A stretch of 32,000 nucleotides of DNA from Phycisphaera mikurensis NBRC 102666 (lineage in GTDB: Bacteria; Planctomycetota; Phycisphaerae; Phycisphaerales; Phycisphaeraceae): positions 3,210,001-3,242,000 of the forward strand of contig NC_017080.1 in the NCBI RefSeq assembly GCF_000284115.1. Reading direction: 5' to 3'. A program made the position numbers and the translations under genes. The notes under the pieces were generated by a model. That model made no database searches, was not told the origin of the DNA, and saw only the letters and a program-made list of their open reading frames with translations. This document shows positions 18,483 to 26,050 of the stretch, one piece after another (the first letter of the stretch is position 1; the number at the start of each line of letters is the position of its first letter).

Positions 18483-21248
18483 TTAACCCGCGGCGGCGAG
18501 GGCCCGATTGCGGTAGAACGAGACCAGGTCGCGGGCCTCGGGGAGGCCATCGAGACCGTACCCGCCGCGATCACGATTGACCGCGGCGTCGACGATCTCA
18601 TCGACCGTCTGGTAACGGGAACCAAACTCGCCGTCGAGCGCGGTGGAGCCGGTGTTGAACCGATCGATCCCGACGCCGGAGTAGTTGTTGCCGGGAGTGA
18701 AGGGTTGGTAGTCAACCCAGTTGAGCTCGTAGTTGCCCGAAGCTCGAACCGGCTGTGGTCGCGCAGGATCGGGGTTGTGGTGGATCGGACCACGCTGCTC
18801 GTGATTCGCCTGCGCGTCCGCGAACACGTTGTTGCGGACAGCGACCGGGCCGAGGCGGCGGCTGTCGATCCTGGCGTCGTGGTCGATCTGGATCTGGTAG
18901 CCGCCGCGATCTTTCCAGCGCTGGTAGCCGGTCTTGGTCTCGCCATCCCTCGGCCAGATGGTGTCGCCGGAAGCAAAGGCGGAGCTGGAAACCTCACCCG
19001 CGGGCAGGCTGATGCCAAAGGGGCTGTTGTAGAAGAAGCTGTCTCTCACGATACCGCCCTGCCGGAGCTGAGCCGCATTGGCACCGTTGTCCGAGAAGAT
19101 CGTGTTGATGATCTGAGTGTCCCGCGGGTCGAAGCTCTTCGCGTCGCCGGTGTTGAGGTACAGGCCGTGGCTGTAGGCGCTCGCGTGCGTGTTCAGGAAC
19201 GCATCGTCCCGCCACCCGTTGTGGTAGAAGACGCTGTCCTGCACCTTGATCGAGTTGTAGTTGCGGGCGTAGATGCCGTTGGCCGGCCCGCCGGTCCTGC
19301 CTGGCTCAAAATAGAGGTCGCGGTCGGGAGCGTTTGAATGCTCAATGATCGAGCGGTCGATCACGATGTCGGCGCCCTGCGACTGCGGGCCGCCGAAGCC
19401 GGACACGTCGATGTTGTTGCGGGCTCCGGAGAGCTTGCTGTCGAACAAAGTGAGCTCGCCCCCGCCCCGCCAGACGATGAAGTCCACGAAATCGTCTGGC
19501 TGCCGCTCGGGCATCGTCATGCTGATGCCGTCGAGCGTGAGCTTGCCCTCGCTTGTGCTGGGCATGAAGATGATGTTGCTCCACTTCCCGTAGGCGTCCG
19601 GGCCGACCTCCAGCGTGGCGAACCCACCCGAGCCGTCGTTGTCTGCGCTCGCCGCAGAGACGAGGCGGAGATCCGCACCCGACATCGAAAGGTTGCCGAC
19701 CGTCTTGAGACCGGGGCCCCGCTGCGGGCTGAAGTCGTAAGTCTCGCCCGGATCGAGGCGGACCTCAATGGAGGTGTAGCCGCGATCCATCGCCAAGCGG
19801 ATCACCGGGATGATGTTGGTGTTAGACCGCAGGTCGTAGCCGTCGAGCTTGGTGCCGTCAAGCAGGTAGATGCCGGTGCCGGCGGTGACCTCGCCGGCCG
19901 GCGGGGCCGGGCGGGCCGGAGCGACGGGCCGGGCAGGCTGCGTCGGCAGCACCGGCCGCGGCAGACCGGGGGCGGGGGCGGGGGCGGCCGTGCCTGACAC
20001 GGGGAAGCGCCGGGTCGGTCCCTCAAGGCTCGCATCCACCAGGCGGACATCGCCATCGCCGTAGTGGCTGATGAAGCCGACGAACTCGCCCGAGCGGCGG
20101 CCCTCGGCGCTCAAGTCGACGCTTTCGAGCTGGAGATTTCCCGAGCCCGAAGCGTGCAGATAAAACGGATTGCTGAAACCACCTCGGGCGTTCCGCTGAA
20201 CGACGAGGTCGGCCCGGCCGCCCGAACCGTCAGCGTCGATCTCCTCGATCGCGGCGACCGTGAGATCCGCACCATCGAGGAACAGGTCGTTGATGAAAGG
20301 CAGGCCCGCCTGCTCCTGCGGGTTGAGGTAGTACGTTTCGCCCGGATCCAGCGCAACAAGGATGTTTCTGTGGCCGCCGTCGAGCGCATGCCGCACGGAG
20401 GGAAGGATGTTCTCCCCGGACTTCAGCTCGAAACGCTCGCCCGACAGGAGGGCCCCATTCTCGTAGATGCCGGCCGGGGCACCCGGCTTGAGATCAATGG
20501 GCGTGCGAATCGGCTCAAGCGGCTTCGCCGGCGAGGCAACCGCGGTCGAGATCCGGGCACTGGCGATGCTGGCGTCGTTCAGCGTGACCGAGCCGGGACC
20601 GTGATTCGCCACGAACCGGATGTACTCGCCGGGCTGGTGGTCCGAAGCCGAGAGATCGACCCCATCGAGCGTCAGCTCGCCGCCCCGCTTGGAATCGATG
20701 ATGATGGGGAAGGTGCGCCGACCCGACTCGGACCGCTCCACTTCCAAACTCGCCCGGCCGCCGGAGCCGTCCGCGTCCGCCGCGGGATCGGCGGTGAAGG
20801 TCAGCTTGTCGTCGCGGAGGTACAAGTCGTTGATGACAGTCGAAGGACCACCGTCGATCGGCTGGAGGCGGTAGGTCTCGCCGGGGTCGAGCACCACCTC
20901 GATGTCCACGCGGCCCTCGTCAAGAGCGTTGCGGACGGAGGGGAGCAGGTTGGCGTCCGCCCGGATCGCGTAGCGCTCGCCCACAAGCAGTTCACCGTTG
21001 CTGTAGATGCCGGGAACGGCTGAGAACAGCTCGCGGGTTTCGAGGGGTTCGAGTGGGTTGAACATCAAATGGGGCTCGGTGGCGGCAGGAACGGCGGGTT
21101 CCGCTCTCAGGGCAGTTCCCGCACGCCGGATCGGCGACGGGGGGACAGGCACTCCAACTCTTCTTCCTTCCAATTCCAGCGTCGCGATCCTTGGCTCCAC
21201 CGGCCTCCGATCGCACCGCCGAAGGGACCGGTTTAGCAGCCATCGCAC
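18483..21248 (-). CDS. Large multi-module beta-helix protein (protein B), paralogous to protein A in its C-terminal module
   Basis: 921 aa from GTG 21248; alternative ATG at 21065. Basic N-terminus with LELEGRRV and LEPLETRELFSA strings, then three tandem ~150-180-aa modules. The C-terminal module (nt 18486-19424) aligns with protein A: KVQDSVFYHNGW / VVRDSVFDHNGW; YSHGLYLNT / FNHNLYNYF; AQLRQGGIVRDSFF / AQVRPGGNVRNNFF. Confidence 0.75.
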   Translation of the reverse strand: MRWLLNRSLRRCDRRPVEPRIATLELEGRRVGVPVPPSPIRRAGTALRAEPAVPAATEPHLMFNPLEPLETRELFSAVPGIYSNGELLVGERYAIRADANLLPSVRNALDEGRVDIEVVLDPGETYRLQPIDGGPSTVINDLYLRDDKLTFTADPAADADGSGGRASLEVERSESGRRTFPIIIDSKRGGELTLDGVDLSASDHQPGEYIRFVANHGPGSVTLNDASIASARISTAVASPAKPLEPIRTPIDLKPGAPAGIYENGALLSGERFELKSGENILPSVRHALDGGHRNILVALDPGETYYLNPQEQAGLPFINDLFLDGADLTVAAIEEIDADGSGGRADLVVQRNARGGFSNPFYLHASGSGNLQLESVDLSAEGRRSGEFVGFISHYGDGDVRLVDASLEGPTRRFPVSGTAAPAPAPGLPRPVLPTQPARPVAPARPAPPAGEVTAGTGIYLLDGTKLDGYDLRSNTNIIPVIRLAMDRGYTSIEVRLDPGETYDFSPQRGPGLKTVGNLSMSGADLRLVSAASADNDGSGGFATLEVGPDAYGKWSNIIFMPSTSEGKLTLDGISMTMPERQPDDFVDFIVWRGGGELTLFDSKLSGARNNIDVSGFGGPQSQGADIVIDRSIIEHSNAPDRDLYFEPGRTGGPANGIYARNYNSIKVQDSVFYHNGWRDDAFLNTHASAYSHGLYLNTGDAKSFDPRDTQIINTIFSDNGANAAQLRQGGIVRDSFFYNSPFGISLPAGEVSSSAFASGDTIWPRDGETKTGYQRWKDRGGYQIQIDHDARIDSRRLGPVAVRNNVFADAQANHEQRGPIHHNPDPARPQPVRASGNYELNWVDYQPFTPGNNYSGVGIDRFNTGSTALDGEFGSRYQTVDEIVDAAVNRDRGGYGLDGLPEARDLVSFYRNRALAAAG
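19425..21011 (-). repeat. Three diverged tandem protein modules within protein B (aa 80-259, 260-458, 459-608)
   Basis: Each module starts GIY(S/E/L)xG...(L/I)P(S/V)(V/I)R.A.D.G...(I)(E/L)V.LDPGETY, continues through DADGSGG(R/F)A.L.V, and ends (L)(T/Q)L(D/E)(G/S)(V/I)(D/S)(L/M)...(V)(T/R)L.D(A/S)(S/K)(I/L). Conservation is at protein level only; there is no near-identical DNA. Confidence 0.85.
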
Positions 21249-21517
21249 CCCCGGTCAACCGTGCGGACCCAGCTCGACGGACACCCCCGAGAATTCTCGA
21301 GCCCCCGCCTGGTCCTCGCAGAGCGCGTCCCGAGCCCGCCAGCGCCCTCACCCCGAGCTCGTTGTGACCCGATAGCTGCGTCGTGCAGCGTGTGCCGGGC
21401 ATCGGGCCTGGACGCGCTCCTGCAGGGCCACGCCACCTCGAAGCGGGACCGGTGCCGGCTGGATTAGCCTGCCGGCGGCGGCTCCTGCGAGAAGCCATCC
21501 CGCCTCCATTTTCTCCC

Positions 21518-22897
21518 ATGACGCAAGCCTCAGCCGAGCCCGCGACACCGGCGGCCGACGCTCCCACCGCCGTTGCAACCGGCGGGCTGCTCCTCGTCCT
21601 CCCCCAACTCTTCCACGAGCGGGACGGGGTGCTGCAGGTCGAGGCGCAAGCGGCCAACGGGCTGCGCCTCTACACCGAGCACTTCGATTGCATCACGCTT
21701 GCCGCCGGTCTGCTGCCCGAAGGCCTGCCGCTGCCGCCAAGCCTCCGGGGCGTGCCAGCGGACGCTCTGGCCGACACGCTCGGCCTCCGGCTCGTGCCGC
21801 TGCCGCGGTTCGGGGGGTACCGCCGCGGGATCCGCCGGCTGGGGCTCCGTGGCCTGCGGGCGCAGGTCCGCGGCGTACGCGAGCGGCTCGGCCCGCTGAT
21901 CGATGAACACCGCTTCCTCCAGTTCACACCCAGCCGTCATCTCGACGACTGGGGCAGCCTCGCCGCAGAGATCGCCATCGGGCGGGGCCGCCGGTACGCC
22001 GTCCACACCGATCGGGTGCAGGAGCAGATGGAGTTGGACAACGCCCGGGGGCGTGGACCGATTCCGCGGCTGCGGGCCCGCGTCTACCAACGCCTCCTGA
22101 CGAAGCGCCGGCACCGGGCGATCCGGGGGGCGGCTCTGGGGATGTTCCACGGGGCGGACTGCTTCAGCGCCTACGCGGACCTGGTACCCGAAGCCGCGCT
22201 GATCCACAACATTCACGTCGGCCGCGTGGACGCGATCGATGACGGAGCGTTCGCGAACAAGCTCGCCGCGGCGATGAACCTCGACCTGCCGCTGCGGGTC
22301 ATCTACGCGGGCCGCGTCGACGCCGACAAGGGCCCGCTGGACTTCGCCGAGGCCCTCGCCGCCGCCCTCGCCGCCGGTGGCAACGTGGAGGCCACCTGGC
22401 TCGGCGACGGCGCATCCATGGGAGCGTTGCGGCGGCGGGCGCAGGAACTCGGCCTCAACGATCGCCTGCGACTCCCGGGCTTCTGCGACGACAAGGCGGA
22501 GCTGCTCGCCGCCCTGCGCGACCACCACATCATGATGTTCTGCCACAAGGTGCCCGAGTCGCCGCGCTGCCTCATCGAGGCGCTCGTCTCGGGCACGGCC
22601 CTGCTCGGCTACGACTCCGCCTACTCGCGCGACCTCATCGGCGAGGGGAAGGATGGCCCACCCGCCGGCGTCCATGTTGCGCGCCACGACCACGCGGCGC
22701 TCGGTGCCGAGTTGGCCCGCCTCGCGGGCGACCGCCCCGCCGTGGTCCGACTCCTCCACGCGGCCCGCGAGGCTGGAAAGCACTTCAACGACGAGGACGT
22801 GTTCGCGCACCGGTGTGGCTTGCTCAAGCGGCACCTAGGCGCGGACCGCGGCCCCGCGGCCCCCGGATCGGCCACCGTCCGCGGCGAAGCCAGCTGA
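21518..22897 (+). CDS. Glycosyltransferase, group 1-like C-terminal domain
   Basis: 459 aa from ATG 21518; the track ORF begins at GTG 21383 with an Arg/Pro/Gly-rich prefix. C-terminal half: RVIYAGRVDADKGPLDF, RLPGFCDDKAELLAALRDHHIMMFCHKVPESPRCLIEALVSGTALLGYD. The N-terminal half is not recognisable to me. Confidence 0.65.
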   Translation: MTQASAEPATPAADAPTAVATGGLLLVLPQLFHERDGVLQVEAQAANGLRLYTEHFDCITLAAGLLPEGLPLPPSLRGVPADALADTLGLRLVPLPRFGGYRRGIRRLGLRGLRAQVRGVRERLGPLIDEHRFLQFTPSRHLDDWGSLAAEIAIGRGRRYAVHTDRVQEQMELDNARGRGPIPRLRARVYQRLLTKRRHRAIRGAALGMFHGADCFSAYADLVPEAALIHNIHVGRVDAIDDGAFANKLAAAMNLDLPLRVIYAGRVDADKGPLDFAEALAAALAAGGNVEATWLGDGASMGALRRRAQELGLNDRLRLPGFCDDKAELLAALRDHHIMMFCHKVPESPRCLIEALVSGTALLGYDSAYSRDLIGEGKDGPPAGVHVARHDHAALGAELARLAGDRPAVVRLLHAAREAGKHFNDEDVFAHRCGLLKRHLGADRGPAAPGSATVRGEAS

Positions 22898-22925
22898 GCA
22901 CGCCGCGACCTGACATCCTGCCGAC

Positions 22926-23360
22926 GTGAGCGACGCACCCGAACCCGACGGCGGGCCCGCCCGCTTCACCCTCCGCCACGCCAGCCGGCTGACGGGCAGG
23001 GACGCGTTCGGGCCGGTCTTCGCGGCCCGGCTCCGCCGCGACGCCGGGCCGCTCACGGTGCGGGTCGCGCCCAACGGGCTGGGCTTCCACCGGCTCGGGG
23101 TGTCGGTGCCCAAGAAGGCCGGCAACGCGGTGGCCCGCCACCGCTGGAAGCGCCTCGTCCGCGAGGCCTTCCGCCTGAACCGGCACGCCTGGCCCGGCGG
23201 CTACGACCTGGTGGTCGTCGTGCGGCCGTGCCGGCACCCCGAAAGCTTCACCAGCGCCCGCGTGGCCGCGCTGCTGAACGAGGCGATGCCGCGGCTGCAC
23301 GCCGCGGCGCAGCGGAACCCGCCCGGCGGCGCCGCGGACCGCGAGCCGAAAAGCCGCTGA
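22926..23360 (+). CDS. rnpA: Ribonuclease P protein component
   Basis: 144 aa with a GTG start. Motifs: [48 protein letters not shown] (the RNR-type motif), YDLVVVVRP. Confidence 0.85.
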   Translation: MSDAPEPDGGPARFTLRHASRLTGRDAFGPVFAARLRRDAGPLTVRVAPNGLGFHRLGVSVPKKAGNAVARHRWKRLVREAFRLNRHAWPGGYDLVVVVRPCRHPESFTSARVAALLNEAMPRLHAAAQRNPPGGAADREPKSR

Positions 23361-23445
23361 ACCGCGACGGTCCGCGGCGCCGGGCGTCGCGCTCCCCCCG
23401 GCGGCACGCCCCGCCGCCGGCCTCTCCACCCGTACGCTGGCCGCG

Positions 23446-25320
23446 ATGGATCTCCGCAGCATCCTCGCCCGGCTGCACGACTTCATCGGCGCCGAGGGCC
23501 CCAACTCCTCGTGGTGGCGGCGGGGCCTGTGGTACCTCGTCGAGCTCGGGCCGCTCACGTACCAGAAGATGCAGGAGGACAAAGCCCCGCAGATGGCGGC
23601 GGCCCTGACCTACCACACGCTCTTCTCGCTGCTGCCCACGCTCGTGCTCACGCTGGTCGTCGCGAAGTCCTTCGTCTCGGAGGCGCAGCTGCAGGACCTC
23701 AAGGAGGACACCGTCGGCTGGACGCTGCAGTGGCTGCACACGCCCGCGGGGGCGCCGGCCCCCCAGCCGCCCGAGGCCGTGGACGACCTGACCGAGGCGG
23801 GCTCCGCCGTGGCCGAGGCGCTCGGCGGCGCCGAGCCGGTGGAAGCGGTGGAGGCGGCCGTGGAGGCCCCCGCCCCCTCGCCCTTCGGCGGCTTCCTGGC
23901 GGCCGCCCGCGAGGCCGCCGAGCGGGCGCAGGCAGAGGCCCGCGAGCAGGTGGCCGAGGCGACCGGCGAGCGGCTGAAGCAGGAGTTCAACGAGACGGCG
24001 GCGAAGCTCGACCAGAGCCTCCAGGAGCTGCTCGACCGGCTGCAGAACATCAGCTTCGCCTCGATCGGGATCGTCGGCGTGCTGCTGTTCCTCTGGGGGG
24101 CCACGACGCTGCTGTCGACGATCGAGGACAGCTTCAACTTCATCCTGCGCAACCCCTCGGGCCGGTCCTGGCACATGCGCTTCGTCATCTACTTCACGAC
24201 GCTGGTGCTCGCCCCGCTGGTGCTCGTCGCGGGGCAGGTCGGCCAGGCGAAGCTCTTCTCCATCCTCGAGACCGGCAGCTTCACGACGTGGATCGTGCCC
24301 CTGGCGGCCGCGGCGACGCCGCTGGTCGCCGCGTGGGGCGTTCTGTTCGCGCTCTACAAGCTGCTGCCCAACGCCTCGATGCGGCTGGTGCCGGCCCTGA
24401 TCGGATCCTTCGTCGCCGCCTTCGCCTTGGGCGTCACGACCTGGGGCTTCGGCCTGTACGTGAGCAACGCGGCCACCACCTCGCTCTACGGGGCGATGGC
24501 CCTCCTGCCGATGTTCCTGCTGCTGCTGTGGATCGTGTGGCAGATCGTGCTCTTCGGGCTGGAGCTCGGCGCGGTGATCGAGCGGCTGCCGGCGCACCGC
24601 GAGGCGACGGCCTGGGGCCGGGCCGACCCGCTGCAGACCCGGGCCACGATGCCCGACCCGCGGATGCTCATCCCGGTCGCCGCCGAGCTGGCCAGCCGCT
24701 TCGGCGAGGGCAAGCCCGCCACGCCCAGGGAGCTGGCGCAGCGCGTCGGCCTCGCCGCCGACACGCTGCAGCTGCTGCTCGAGCGGCTCGTCGCCCGGGG
24801 CGACGCGCACCGGCTGCCCGGCGAGGAGGCGGCGTACACGCTCGCCCGCCCCGCCTCGGCCATCGGCCTGCCGGCGCTGCTCGACGAGACCTTCCTCCTC
24901 GGGCGGACGGGCGCCGAGGGCCGCACCGAGGCCCTGCTCGCCGAGCTCGACGCGGCGGAGCGGCGAGCGGTGGAGGGCCGGTCGCTCGCGGACCTGCTGC
25001 CGGCGGAGGCGGGCGCGGCGGGCTCCCGGGCCGCGGCCCGGCCGGAGCCTCCGCCCCAACGCCAGGCGCCGGCCCAGCCCCCGCCCGCGGCTCCGGCCCC
25101 GGCCAAGCCGGCGCGGCGTCGGTTCCGCCTGCCTTTTGGACGCCGCCGAGCCGCCGCGCCGCCCGCGGGGACGGAGGCGGCGGCGGCAGCAGACGCGGCC
25201 GAGCCGGCCGCCGCGTACGACACCGCCGGCGACCCGTGGGGCGACGCCGCGGCGAAGGGTGAACGACGGGACTCGAACCCGCGACCCTCGGGATCACAAC
25301 CCGATGCTCTAACCAACTGA
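23446..25320 (+). CDS. YihY/BrkB-family membrane protein with an internal acidic/Ala-rich insertion and a long C-terminal extension
   Basis: 624 aa. Family-typical MAAALTYHTLFSLLPTLVL and SLYGAMALLPMFLLLLWIVWQIVLFGLEL. About 130 aa are inserted after TM1. The C-terminal ~220 aa include a winged-helix-like stretch (PATPRELAQRVGLAADTLQLLLERLVARGDAHRL) and a Pro/Ala tail. The last 21 codons lie antisense to tRNA-His. Confidence 0.7.
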   Translation: MDLRSILARLHDFIGAEGPNSSWWRRGLWYLVELGPLTYQKMQEDKAPQMAAALTYHTLFSLLPTLVLTLVVAKSFVSEAQLQDLKEDTVGWTLQWLHTPAGAPAPQPPEAVDDLTEAGSAVAEALGGAEPVEAVEAAVEAPAPSPFGGFLAAAREAAERAQAEAREQVAEATGERLKQEFNETAAKLDQSLQELLDRLQNISFASIGIVGVLLFLWGATTLLSTIEDSFNFILRNPSGRSWHMRFVIYFTTLVLAPLVLVAGQVGQAKLFSILETGSFTTWIVPLAAAATPLVAAWGVLFALYKLLPNASMRLVPALIGSFVAAFALGVTTWGFGLYVSNAATTSLYGAMALLPMFLLLLWIVWQIVLFGLELGAVIERLPAHREATAWGRADPLQTRATMPDPRMLIPVAAELASRFGEGKPATPRELAQRVGLAADTLQLLLERLVARGDAHRLPGEEAAYTLARPASAIGLPALLDETFLLGRTGAEGRTEALLAELDAAERRAVEGRSLADLLPAEAGAAGSRAAARPEPPPQRQAPAQPPPAAPAPAKPARRRFRLPFGRRRAAAPPAGTEAAAAADAAEPAAAYDTAGDPWGDAAAKGERRDSNPRPSGSQPDALTN

Positions 25321-25332
25321 GCTACGCTCACC
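25258..25332 (-). tRNA. tRNA-His (anticodon GUG)
   Basis: Reverse complement reads G-GTGAGCG-TA-GCTC-AGTTGGTT-AGAGC-A-TCGGG-TTGTGAT-CCCGA-GGGTC-GCGGG-TTCGAGT-CCCGT-CGTTCAC-C. This gives a full cloverleaf with anticodon loop TT-GTG-AT. The His-specific extra 5' G(-1) sits opposite C73. CCA is not encoded. Confidence 0.93.
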
Positions 25333-25418
25333 AGCGTGTTCCGCGGGCGTGCCGGCGTCGGCCGGCCGCTCCGCGGCGGGTCAACGTAGGCCCGATCCGC
25401 CCGGTCTGTCAACCGCCC

Positions 25419-25955
25419 GTGACGCCCGATCCCGCCCGACCTCACGCCGCTCCACACCGCCGGCGCCGCGCCAACCGGGCGGCCATCGGCGGCGCTTCGG
25501 CGGCCGTCGCCGGGCTCGCGGCGCTTCTGCTCTGGCCCGGGTGCGTCGCGGGACCGTCCCCCTTCGGCGGGCCGCCGGTGACCACCGCCGACGGCCAGCC
25601 GCTGCTCCGCTCCGCCGCCGGCCGGGCGCTCGTGGCCGACGACGCCTCGCCGCTGCCCGACGTGCCGGTGCCGCTGCGCTTCGTGCTGATGCCGGAGCGG
25701 TCCAGCGCCTCCCCCTCCCCCGGTGCGGGGCTGGCCCGGCGGGTGACCCACGTCTACCAGGGGCGTGCCGGCTACGACCAGCTGTCCACCTTCTTCACCG
25801 AGCACCTCGCCCGCCGCGGCTGGCGGCCCGACCCCGCCGGCCCCGCATCGGGGCCCATCCGCACCTACCGCAAGGGCCCCGAGCAGCTCCACCTCTCGCT
25901 GTCCGAGGCCGGCGGCGTGGCGACCGTGTCGGTGCTGATCGGGCCCGCGGCCTAG
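25419..25955 (+). CDS. Hypothetical secreted protein or lipoprotein
   Basis: 178 aa with a GTG start. Basic N-region (HRRRRANR), hydrophobic AAVAGLAALLLWPGC with a Cys that could be a non-canonical lipobox. The mature part has ordinary composition. It competes with a junk-like overlapping frame (25349..). Confidence 0.45.
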   Translation: MTPDPARPHAAPHRRRRANRAAIGGASAAVAGLAALLLWPGCVAGPSPFGGPPVTTADGQPLLRSAAGRALVADDASPLPDVPVPLRFVLMPERSSASPSPGAGLARRVTHVYQGRAGYDQLSTFFTEHLARRGWRPDPAGPASGPIRTYRKGPEQLHLSLSEAGGVATVSVLIGPAA

Positions 25956-26050
25956 CCCGGGGGCGGGGCGCCGACGCCGTGCGCGGCGTTCCCGCGCCCG
26001 CCCGAAGAGCATCCGGCGGGCCGCGGGCGGGCCCCGATACCCTCTGCCCG

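Noticed and set aside
14486-19337. Plus-strand ORFs of 983 aa (14486..17437) and 1128 aa (15951..19337) opposite the beta-helix/CPBP genes.
   Set aside because: Gly/Arg/Ala/Val/Asp-rich junk translation. The minus-strand frames give a signal peptide, beta-helix coil motifs, CPBP motifs and paralogous alignment between A and B.
22898-22925. Looked for rpmH (ribosomal protein L34) upstream of rnpA, and for yidD/yidC downstream.
   Set aside because: Only 28 nt separate the glycosyltransferase stop from the rnpA GTG start, so rpmH cannot fit. The downstream gene is YihY-like, not YidC-like. The absence is noted but not treated as an anomaly without genome context.
23248-25059. 603-aa minus-strand ORF and 583-aa plus-strand ORF (23511..25262) over the long YihY-like gene; also 24486..26012 (-, 508 aa).
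   Set aside because: Arg/Gly/Pro-rich junk in alternative frames. The 23446 frame contains the YihY family motifs and TM helices.
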